A stretch of DNA of 64,000 nt from Candidatus Brocadiia bacterium (GTDB taxonomy: Bacteria > Planctomycetota > MHYJ01 > JACQXL01): NCBI GenBank assembly GCA_041658285.1, contig JBBAAP010000001.1:260916-324915 (forward strand). Direction: 5' to 3'. Of the stretch, positions 56,170-64,000 are shown piece by piece. A program made the translations under genes and the position numbers. Under the pieces are notes generated by a model, which saw only the letters and a list, made by a program, of their open reading frames with translations, made no database searches and was not told the DNA's origin. The first letter of the stretch is position 1, and each line of letters begins with the position of its first letter.

Positions 56170-57576
56170 ATGAAAGATTGCGCTAAATTCAAGGCCGACA
56201 TCACCGATTACGCCCGGGGCGCGCACGAGCATATCAAGGATTTCGACGCCTTGTTCGACCACCTGCGCCAATGCGAAGACTGCCGGAACAAGCTCTTCGG
56301 GCTGGAGGAAACATTCACGCATCTCAAATCCAAAGGCAAGAAGAAGCAATCCCTGGATGAATTAAAGCAGATATTCCGAAAAGGCCTGCCGCCGGAGCGC
56401 AAGCCGACCGAGGCCGAGGGTATGCTCAGGCAAGGCATCAGCGCCTTTAAGGAAGGTAAATTCCCGGCCGCCCGGATTCTGCTCAATATCGCCGTCAAGC
56501 TCCTACCGGAGGATGACAAGCTGTCGGACACGGACAGACAGACCAAGGCCGACGCCTATTACCACCTGGGGCTGGTGCACCAGGCGGACAACAACCTGGA
56601 CGGCGCGCTCTACACATTTTCACGGGCCATCGAGCTGGACCCGGACGACGCCGACGCCCATTTCTACCGGGCCGGTATCTACCACAATTACAACCAGCTC
56701 AAGGCGGCGCTCAAGGATTACAGCGCGGCTATCGAGCTCAACCCCGATTACACCGAGGCCCTGCGTGAGCGGGCCAGCCTGCTCTTCGACATCCGGCAGT
56801 TCCAGCCGGCCGTGGCCGATGCCGACCGGCTTATCGAATTGGAGCCGGCCAACGGCTGGCATTATTTCCTGCGGGCTATGATTTACGAAACGATGGGCCG
56901 GCTTGAGGAGGCCATCTCGGACTGCACCAAGGCTTTGGAACTTCAGCCGCCGGAGCACGAGCCCTTACAGGGTAAAATCCCCCCGGCCTTGAACGCACTG
57001 GCCTACACCATACGGGGACGGAGCTACGGGCTGATGGGCGAGCTGGCCAAGGCCCGGGCAGATTTCGACCGGCTGATTAAGCTGGAGCCGGACAACCCGG
57101 ACGCATATTTCTACCGGGGCGTGATGTTCGCCCAGGGGGCGCAGATGATGTCGGAATCGGACCAATACCAGGCGTTGCTGGCCAAGGCCGTGGCCGATTT
57201 CAGGCAGTCGCTCAAGCTCAAGCCGGGCGACCGGACCACCAACGATTACCTGGTCCAGGCCGAGCAGGAACTGGCCGGACGGCAGATGGAGGCCAAAATC
57301 CGGGACATCCAGAACGAGATAGCATCGCGTTACCAGAAAGACAGCGCCAAACTGCAGGACAAATACGAGGCCGAGATAACCCTGCTTAAGAAAGAGATAG
57401 AGCTGTTAAAGGAGCACGTCAAGGTGATAGCCGAAATCTCCAAGCAGAAGCCGGAGTACCATTACCATATCGAGACGCCTATGCCTGTAATAAAACCGAT
57501 GCGGGATATTTTCCAACAACCGCCGGCCCATCCGATTAGCCCGACCGACATAAAGATTCCGCCGAAGAAGGATTAA
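56170..57576 (+). CDS. Putative anti-sigma factor: N-terminal zf-HC2 (H-x3-C-x2-C), TPR repeats, C-terminal coiled coil
   Basis: It has HLRQCEDCRNK near the N-terminus, multiple TPR units (AYYHLGLVHQADNNLDGALYTFSRAIELDP...) and a heptad-rich tail. Confidence 0.6.
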   Translation: MKDCAKFKADITDYARGAHEHIKDFDALFDHLRQCEDCRNKLFGLEETFTHLKSKGKKKQSLDELKQIFRKGLPPERKPTEAEGMLRQGISAFKEGKFPAARILLNIAVKLLPEDDKLSDTDRQTKADAYYHLGLVHQADNNLDGALYTFSRAIELDPDDADAHFYRAGIYHNYNQLKAALKDYSAAIELNPDYTEALRERASLLFDIRQFQPAVADADRLIELEPANGWHYFLRAMIYETMGRLEEAISDCTKALELQPPEHEPLQGKIPPALNALAYTIRGRSYGLMGELAKARADFDRLIKLEPDNPDAYFYRGVMFAQGAQMMSESDQYQALLAKAVADFRQSLKLKPGDRTTNDYLVQAEQELAGRQMEAKIRDIQNEIASRYQKDSAKLQDKYEAEITLLKKEIELLKEHVKVIAEISKQKPEYHYHIETPMPVIKPMRDIFQQPPAHPISPTDIKIPPKKD

Positions 57577-57585
57577 CAATCAACT

Positions 57586-58191
57586 ATGCCGACCATTCCG
57601 ACGCACGCGTTTATGGGTTATGTGGTGGCCAGCCTGGGCAGTGGTTATGTCCCGGCCGAGCGGCGGCACAGTTACGGCGTTACAGTTATGGCGCTTTCGG
57701 TCCTGCCGGATGCCGATGCCCTGTTTATGAAATGGATTCCTTACGGGAATATGCTCGGCCACCGGGGATTGAGCCATTCACTGGTCTTTGCCGGACTGCT
57801 GGCATTGGCCGCCGTTTTCATCCTGCGCGATGTCCGCCGGAACTTCCCCGGCGGGGTCTGGGGACTGTTCGGTCTTTTCTGGATAGCCTTTGCCATGCAC
57901 GGCGTGCTGGACGCATTGACGAACGGCGGGCTGGGCGTGGGATTCTTCATACCGTTTGATAACAGCCGCTTCTTCTTCCCGATTCATCCGATACCGGTAT
58001 CGCCGATTGGCATAGGAACCCTTTTACATCTGTGGTGGAGCATAGAATGCTTTGCCGCGGAATTCCTGATGCTCTGGACTATCGGCTTGGGCGTGATTAT
58101 TTTAGCACGCGGCAGGTTCAGATATCGCTCGGCGGTTTCAGCAATACTTATCTTAATCGGTATCGTTTCCTGGATTAGCCGGATATTTTAG
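57586..58191 (+). CDS. Membrane-bound metal-dependent hydrolase, YdjM family
   Basis: It has LPDADAL and HRGLSHSL motifs and 4-5 TM helices. Confidence 0.7.
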   Translation: MPTIPTHAFMGYVVASLGSGYVPAERRHSYGVTVMALSVLPDADALFMKWIPYGNMLGHRGLSHSLVFAGLLALAAVFILRDVRRNFPGGVWGLFGLFWIAFAMHGVLDALTNGGLGVGFFIPFDNSRFFFPIHPIPVSPIGIGTLLHLWWSIECFAAEFLMLWTIGLGVIILARGRFRYRSAVSAILILIGIVSWISRIF

Positions 58192-58250
58192 GCACTACTG
58201 GCAGTCAACAGACAGACTCCTACTAACTTCAATAATATATATAAAATTAT

Positions 58251-58278
58251 TTGACATTTTCTGCTGTCCGGGTATAGT
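58251..58278 (+). promoter_or_regulatory. Sigma70-like promoter (TTGACA-16 nt-TATAGT) driving the pseudopilin operon through a ~180-nt structured leader
   Basis: TTGACA lies at 58251-58256 and TATAGT at 58273-58278. Two 75-nt direct repeats follow (58309-58383 and 58384-58458), each with two hairpins, then a GAGGAGG SD. Confidence 0.6.
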
Positions 58279-58462
58279 CACCCTCGTAGAAGTAACTGCA
58301 ATTATATGTATCCTGCTAAACTACGTTTAGCTGGATTTGAGTCGCTAGAGCGACTAAAGCCCAACAGCGATGGGAAATGTAGTTATCCTGCTAAACTACG
58401 TTTAGCTGGATCTAAGTCGCTGTAACGACTAAAGTCTAACAGCGACTAAGAGGAGGAGTTAT

Positions 58463-59002
58463 ATGAAACACAGCAATAATAGCAAGGGCGGGTTTACGTT
58501 GATTGAACTGCTGGTGGTTATCGCCATTATCGGCATCCTGGCCAGCCTGGTCCTGCCGGGCGTGGCTAACGCCAAGTTCAGGGCTAATATGCTCAAGTGC
58601 AGCCGCAACCTGACCAGCCTTTACGCCGGTCTGCTCCAGTATGAAATGTCAATGGGCGGCTACCCCAGAGGCGATACTTATAAGGGCGCCGGGTTCTGGA
58701 ACGTCCTGCGCCAGATGCCCACCCCGGAAACATCGGCCCTGGGCACCAAGAACCACGATAAGTTCGTCTGCCCGTTGGTCGGAGATGCCCCGGGCGACGG
58801 CGTCTGCAATTACCGCGGTCCTAATTTCACCATCACCGCGGCTACGGATGAAAGCCGCCCCATCGGCGCCGATAGAACAACCAACCACGACCCGGAAAAC
58901 AGCCAGAAGGATATCAACGTCCTTTATTTCGGCGGACAGGTCATCGCGGTCAAGGCCAGCTCGGCCGATTGGACCGACGCGGATTCCAGATTGCAGGATT
59001 AA
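58463..59002 (+). CDS. Prepilin-type N-terminal cleavage/methylation domain protein (DUF1559 / H-X9-DG-like pseudopilin)
   Basis: It has GFTLIELLVVIAIIGILASLVLP and a C-terminal NVLYFGGQV motif (cf. NVLFADGHV). Confidence 0.85.
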   Translation: MKHSNNSKGGFTLIELLVVIAIIGILASLVLPGVANAKFRANMLKCSRNLTSLYAGLLQYEMSMGGYPRGDTYKGAGFWNVLRQMPTPETSALGTKNHDKFVCPLVGDAPGDGVCNYRGPNFTITAATDESRPIGADRTTNHDPENSQKDINVLYFGGQVIAVKASSADWTDADSRLQD

Positions 59003-59054
59003 CCGATAAGAAAGATTACCGCCTCCGATTTCGGAGCCGGCAAGGATAGTGCTT

Positions 59055-60059
59055 ATGAGTTATCGCCAGGCCGTCAGGTTCGTACTCATCGTCGTCATCG
59101 GGTTAATCATATCGATGCCGGTATCGGCCGAGGACACCTCGCCCCTGCCCAAGTTGAAACAGCGCTGGGAACTGGACATCACTTACCAGCCGCTAAAGAT
59201 TTTCACCTTTACCGACCCGGCCGGCGCCAATTCTTATTACTGGTTCTTCAAGTATACGCTGACCAACAACACCAAGGAATCAATCAAGCTCAATCTCGAT
59301 GTCTGCCTAAAGGCCGATATCCGCCTTAAAACGGATGAGAAGCTGTCCGGATATTTCCCGCAACTGGCCAGCCGGTTCTACCAGGATTCCATCTACCCGG
59401 TTGTCGAGCGGGAACTGATTTCGGCCGAGGAAAAGCTGGCCGGTTTCCCGGCCGCCATGCGCGAGGACACCATCATCAAGTATAAAAAGGGCCTGCGCTA
59501 TATGAACTGCAAGGACCTGAGGGAGAAACGTGAAATCCTGGCCGGCGAGAAAATCGAGGCCATGGCCATCTTCACCGACGTCGACGCCCGGGCCGACCAG
59601 GTGGAGTTATTCATCGGCGGGCTGTTCGATGTGGTCAAGTCGTCCTACCGCAAGGAGGACAAGCAGTTCACCCAGGAATACGAATCCAAAATACTCCGGC
59701 TGGTTTTCTCCTGCCAGGGCGACGAGTTCTCCAAGCAGTTCGCCTCGCCCCAGCTGGAATCGAAGGAATGGATTGTCAACACCTACGGCCCGATCGGCGA
59801 CAAGAATACGGTCGACAACCTGATTAAAGGGCTGGCTGACGAGAACCCGGCCGCGCGCTGGATTGCCTGGTGGCTACTGCGCCGGATGACCGACAAGACG
59901 CTGGAATACAACCCGGACCTGGACGCCGAAGCCAACAAGGATTCCATCGAGAACTGGAAGGAATGGTGGTATTGCACCAAGGAGAAACTGGAATACAACC
60001 AGAACCTGAACAAGTTCGAACCCAAACCGGCGCCGACGGCTGAGCCAGAAACCAAGTAA
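59055..60059 (+). CDS. Hypothetical secreted protein
   Basis: It has a signal peptide and no recognisable family. An AAGGA SD lies 8 nt upstream of the ATG at 59055; the tracked GTG is at 59049. Confidence 0.55.
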   Translation: MSYRQAVRFVLIVVIGLIISMPVSAEDTSPLPKLKQRWELDITYQPLKIFTFTDPAGANSYYWFFKYTLTNNTKESIKLNLDVCLKADIRLKTDEKLSGYFPQLASRFYQDSIYPVVERELISAEEKLAGFPAAMREDTIIKYKKGLRYMNCKDLREKREILAGEKIEAMAIFTDVDARADQVELFIGGLFDVVKSSYRKEDKQFTQEYESKILRLVFSCQGDEFSKQFASPQLESKEWIVNTYGPIGDKNTVDNLIKGLADENPAARWIAWWLLRRMTDKTLEYNPDLDAEANKDSIENWKEWWYCTKEKLEYNQNLNKFEPKPAPTAEPETK

Positions 60060-60138
60060 TCCAACCAAGCTGAGATAAAACATTCCACGCTGATTTTTTG
60101 CTTGACTGATTCTATTTCTTCCCTATAATACCGTGGTT

Positions 60139-63100
60139 ATGGAACAGATTAACCAACTGACCGGCCGGCTGGCCGGGGTGCGGGCCAGGATCAGGATGCT
60201 TTTCCTGGCGGACGGCCTGTCCCGGATAGTCATCTACGCGGCCGCGTTCGCGGCGCTGACCTTCGCCATCGACTGGTCAATGCCGGAACTGCCGCCGGCT
60301 GTAAGGCTGGTCTTCCTGGGCGCCGGCGCCGTTGGCCTGTTCTGGCTGGCCTACCGCTACGTCATCTACCCGCTCCGAACGACCATATCCGACGACTCGC
60401 TGGTGATATACCTGGAACGCAAATATCCGCAGCTTAAGGAACGACTGCTCAGCGCGCTGCAGTTATCCATTTCGGCGCCGCCGACCCAATCGCCTGAGCT
60501 GATACAGGCGCTGGTCAACGAGGCTTTTGACAGCTCCAGGGAGATGAACTTCAACGCCATAATCAATTCCAAACACCAAAAACGGCTGGCATTGTCAGGC
60601 ATTGCGCTGGCGGCTTTGTGCGGGCTTTACATTATATCATACCCCGGGATGGCCGGCATCTGGCTGAACCGTCTGTTCGGCGGCGAGGCCCGCTGGCCCA
60701 AGCGGACTAACATCGCAATCGAGGTCAGGAACGCGCCCGACAATATCGCGGCCCGTGACCGGGACGTGGCCGTACTGGCCAAAGTGGTCAAGGGCTCCAT
60801 ATCAAAGGCTTACATCAATTACCGCGTCATAACCGCGGATAAACCAACAACGGACATACAGACGGAACGGATGTCGATGTCGGAGAAGGACGTCTTCCGG
60901 TTCGACTTCCTGCGGGTCAAGGAATCATTCGAGTTTTATGTCACCGGCGGCGACGACCGGACTAATCCTATTGTCATCAAGGTGCTGTCCCCGCCCGGGC
61001 TGGAGCGCATTTACTGCCAATACGAATACCCCGAATACATCAGGTCATCGACCGGTCTGAAGAACACCGGGCGCATCGAAGGCGGCAACGTCAAGGCGCC
61101 GGTCGGGACCGCGGTAACGATTATCGCACTGGCCAACATCGACATCGGCAAGGCCGATATGTCAATCAGCTCCGATACCGGCAACAAGCAGGCCGGCATA
61201 CCGGCCCAGTTGATAACGATGGCGCTGGCCAAAGACGCCGAGGGCAGGCCGCGCCAGGTCGAGGGCCGGTTTACGGCAATGAATGACGGCGCTTACGCCA
61301 TCAAGCTGACCGGACTGAACAGCCTGTCCAACCACCAGCCGATAGAGTATCCCATAAGCGTCACGCGCGATACGGCTCCGGTAATCAAGGTGCAGGAGCC
61401 AACGGTTGAATACAAATACGTCACGCCCGACGCGTCGGTGCCGATGGCGCTATTGGTCACGGACGATTACGCCGTGGCCAGGATATGGATGGGCTACAGC
61501 CTGGCGGGCGAATCCGGAAGCGACGCCACGGCCGAGCGCCAGCTGCCCATGTTCGAATCAGCCACGCCGGCCCAACAGTCCAAGGTGGAAACCTCGCACG
61601 TCTTCGAGCTGGCTGAAATCAAGCCCAAGGACGGCGACGTCATCAGGTATTATTTCGGCGCGGAGGACAACTGCGCCATTCCCCGGCCCAACCAGTCGCG
61701 CACCGGCGATTACCGGCTGATTGTCATCAGCCCGGTCCAGATGGAAAAGAAGATGGACGAAATGATGCTCCGCATCAAGGACGACCTGCGCCGGGTCAAG
61801 GACCTGCAGGAGCGCGAGCTGGCCGAATCAACCAAGATAGACCCGTCGGCCGACGACAAGAGATGGAGCGAGCAGACCGCCCCGACCATCAACCAGCGCA
61901 TCTCGAACCAGCGGCGCGTCGGCCAGGAATCGGAGCGCATGTCCAAGGATTTATCGCAGGCGTTTAAGGACGCATCGGCCAATAAGATTTGGGACGAGGC
62001 GGCCAAGAAGAAACTGCAGGAGATGAGCCAGCTGATGAAGGATATATCGGCCGAGAAATCGCCTGAGGCGGTAAAGTCGCTGAACCAGGCCAAGGACGGC
62101 AAGGACGCGGAATCGCGCAAGGACAACCTGGAAAACAGCCGGGCCGCCCAGCAGGACATCGCCGATGACCTTAAGGACGCCCTGTCCCGGATGGAGCAGT
62201 GGGAGGATTTCCAAGAAATCGTGCGCCTGACCAAGGACATTCTCCAGCGCCACAAGAAAGCGCTGGAAGACATAAAGCAGACCACGGCCGACACGCCATC
62301 GGCCAAGGAAGCGGTCAAGGAATCCGAGAAATCGGTGCAGAAGGACATCGAGACGCTCGAGTCCAAGATGCAGCGGGTCAGCCAGAAGCTCCAGGAATCA
62401 CAGCCCTATTACGCCCAGAAGCTGGACCAGGCGCAGGCGATGATGAGCCAGAACCTGCTCAAGGAAAATATGCGCGAGGCGGTCGAGGCCTTAAACCAGA
62501 ATATGGGCGGCAAAGCCATCGACAAGGCCAACCAGGTCGAGTCCGGGCTGTCACAGCTGTTATCATTCCTGGAAGACAAGGTCTCGCGCGACGAGCTGTC
62601 CCAGAAGCTGGAGCGTCTGGAATCGCGGATGAACGAGTTGAACCAGCTCAAGGACGAGGAGTCGAAGATAGACGAGAAGGCCGGCCAGCTCAGCCAGGAC
62701 GAGCAGAAATCGCCTGATAAATCGCTGACTCCAGAGCAGAAGAAAGAACTGGAGCGGCTGAAACAGCGCCAGAAGGAACTGGAGAAAAAGGCCAACGCAC
62801 TGGCCGATGAACTAGAAAAGGAGAAGGAGAAGAAAGCGGCCAAGGGTATGAAAGCCGCTTCCGGCAAGATGGGCTCGGCTTCGGAGAATATGTCACAGGG
62901 CAAGCCCAAATCGGCCAAGGAGGACACCGAAGAAGCATTAAAGGAACTGGAACGCGTCTACGAACTTATGCGCGAGAAAGCCGACCAGCTCCAAGACCAG
63001 GAAAGACAGCAAAAACTGGATGAACTGGAGCAGATGCTGCGCGATATCCGCGAGAAAGAGGACATCATCCACCAGGATACGGCCGAGCTGGACCAAAAGC

Positions 63101-63690
63101 GCCCGGCCGACAACCAGTGGCCGCGCGAGAACATCATCACCCTGAAGAAACTCGGCAAGGACCAGACCGAATTGGCCCGGCTGACGGCCGAGGTGGAACA
63201 GAAGCTTAAGGCCGAAAACTCCATCGTCTTCACCCAGGCGCTGGCGCTTATCGGCGACGATATGAACAAGGTCGGCAAATTCCTGGCCGACGAATACCGG
63301 ACCGACCGCTACACCCTGGCCATAGAGGAAGACATCATCCGCCGCCTGGACGAACTGATTAAAGCCTTTAAGAACGAGAAACTAAGGCGCAAAGCCCCCC
63401 TGCAAAAGGGAGGAAGCGGCGGAGGCGGAGGCGGGCAGGACTCATTGCTCCCGCTCATCGTCGAGCTCCGAATGCTCAAAACGCTGCAGGAAGGACTCAA
63501 GTCCGACACGGATAAGTTCAAGAAGAACAACGCCGGCGGGCAGACCGCCGGGTTCAACTCGGCCCAGCAGATGATACTGCGCCGGCTGAGCGAACAGCAG
63601 GGAATCCTGGCCGATATGGCGGCCAAGTTCGCCGAGAAGATGCGGGCGCTGGATAATATGAAACCGCCCGAGAAACCCAAAGAGGAATAA
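60139..63690 (+). CDS. Large membrane-anchored coiled-coil protein, DUF4175-like
   Basis: The N-terminal double TM (RIVIYAAAFAALTFAIDW...LVFLGAGAVGLFWLAYRYVIYPL) followed by LERKYPQLKERLLSALQL matches the DUF4175 N-terminus. A >600-aa K/E/Q-rich coiled coil follows, and a Gly run (GGSGGGGGGQ) lies near the C-terminus. Confidence 0.65.
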   Translation: MEQINQLTGRLAGVRARIRMLFLADGLSRIVIYAAAFAALTFAIDWSMPELPPAVRLVFLGAGAVGLFWLAYRYVIYPLRTTISDDSLVIYLERKYPQLKERLLSALQLSISAPPTQSPELIQALVNEAFDSSREMNFNAIINSKHQKRLALSGIALAALCGLYIISYPGMAGIWLNRLFGGEARWPKRTNIAIEVRNAPDNIAARDRDVAVLAKVVKGSISKAYINYRVITADKPTTDIQTERMSMSEKDVFRFDFLRVKESFEFYVTGGDDRTNPIVIKVLSPPGLERIYCQYEYPEYIRSSTGLKNTGRIEGGNVKAPVGTAVTIIALANIDIGKADMSISSDTGNKQAGIPAQLITMALAKDAEGRPRQVEGRFTAMNDGAYAIKLTGLNSLSNHQPIEYPISVTRDTAPVIKVQEPTVEYKYVTPDASVPMALLVTDDYAVARIWMGYSLAGESGSDATAERQLPMFESATPAQQSKVETSHVFELAEIKPKDGDVIRYYFGAEDNCAIPRPNQSRTGDYRLIVISPVQMEKKMDEMMLRIKDDLRRVKDLQERELAESTKIDPSADDKRWSEQTAPTINQRISNQRRVGQESERMSKDLSQAFKDASANKIWDEAAKKKLQEMSQLMKDISAEKSPEAVKSLNQAKDGKDAESRKDNLENSRAAQQDIADDLKDALSRMEQWEDFQEIVRLTKDILQRHKKALEDIKQTTADTPSAKEAVKESEKSVQKDIETLESKMQRVSQKLQESQPYYAQKLDQAQAMMSQNLLKENMREAVEALNQNMGGKAIDKANQVESGLSQLLSFLEDKVSRDELSQKLERLESRMNELNQLKDEESKIDEKAGQLSQDEQKSPDKSLTPEQKKELERLKQRQKELEKKANALADELEKEKEKKAAKGMKAASGKMGSASENMSQGKPKSAKEDTEEALKELERVYELMREKADQLQDQERQQKLDELEQMLRDIREKEDIIHQDTAELDQKRPADNQWPRENIITLKKLGKDQTELARLTAEVEQKLKAENSIVFTQALALIGDDMNKVGKFLADEYRTDRYTLAIEEDIIRRLDELIKAFKNEKLRRKAPLQKGGSGGGGGGQDSLLPLIVELRMLKTLQEGLKSDTDKFKKNNAGGQTAGFNSAQQMILRRLSEQQGILADMAAKFAEKMRALDNMKPPEKPKEE

Positions 63691-63695
63691 TATTA

Positions 63696-63999
63696 TGCGT
63701 TACGGAATGATACTGGCGCTGACGGCGTTCTTTGCGGGCTGGCTCTACGCGGCCGCCGAGAATGCCGATTCCGACCGCGATACCGAGAAGATAGAGCGGC
63801 TTATCGAAGAGCTGGACCGCGAGCTCAAGCCGGCGCCGGTGCAGGAACAGGTCAAGCCGACCGAGATACTCCAGAAGGTGGCTGAGAAGATGGCCCGGGC
63901 CGAGGATTACCTGTCGCGCTCGTCCGTTTACGGGCCGAAAAACCCTTTGCCCGGCAACGACCAGTCCCAGTCGGAGGCCATCAAGGAAATAAACCGGCT
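63696..63999 (+). CDS. Hypothetical protein; N-terminal fragment that continues beyond the window
   Basis: The ORF is open from ATG 63696 to the window end. It has a signal-like N-terminus (MRYGMILALTAFFAGWLYAAA). Confidence 0.4.
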
Positions 64000-64000
64000 C

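Noticed and set aside
56513-56881. 122-aa Thr/Arg/Pro-rich ORF
   Set aside because: It is an alternative frame inside the TPR anti-sigma gene and has low-complexity composition.

Overview
This is a 64 kb window of bacterial chromosome. Conserved housekeeping genes are interrupted by several low-GC islets and by dense, unusual intergenic repeat structure. The pseudopilin with a prepilin-type N-terminus and the abundance of a GxxExxY-family gene suggest the PVC superphylum, possibly Omnitrophota; that is an inference.

Core genes I am confident of: pyruvate phosphate dikinase (ppdK), NAD(P)H-hydrate dehydratase, a cyclophilin PPIase, groES, mutL, a glcD/glcF-like oxidase pair, purF, tRNA-Leu(GAG), uvrA, a nfeD-GxxExxY-nfeD(short)-floA flotillin locus, a PBP4-type DD-peptidase, two sppA paralogs, a large M1+M28 peptidase fusion, and a GT1-methyltransferase-GT1-ICMT-kinase-ICMT envelope-modification operon.

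Unusual features:
- Two GroEL paralogs flank groES (groEL1-groES-groEL2) instead of the usual groES-groEL order.
- A family of mosaic palindromic repeats built from CAC-NNA-G units (CACGAA, CACAGA, CACTAA and similar) occupies most intergenic regions in the 20-29 kb, 45-49 kb and 54-56 kb parts of the window and flanks gene cassettes in inverted orientation. One such palindrome carries a GxxExxY (PD-(D/E)XK) gene in its loop, and an apparently empty copy lies 3 kb away.
- A low-GC two-gene islet (51.7-53.5 kb) encodes a 4-TM membrane protein plus a zinc-ribbon/winged-helix/nucleoside-2-deoxyribosyltransferase-like protein. It is bounded by a 540-bp GC-rich structured non-coding region and a 110-bp minisatellite. 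This is my best candidate for an undescribed two-gene nucleotide-sensing/membrane-effector defence module.
- A low-GC 607-aa RDD-domain protein is followed by three different spacer-less tandem repeat arrays and G8/C7 homopolymers.
- An ATTTCGG heptanucleotide microsatellite sits in frame inside the glcD-like gene.
- An ECF sigma / zf-HC2 anti-sigma pair is split by two low-GC paralogous membrane-protein genes, each preceded by a duplicated TTCGTG motif.
- A strong promoter drives a duplicated 75-nt double-hairpin leader ahead of a pseudopilin operon.

No CRISPR array, transposase or integrase was found.
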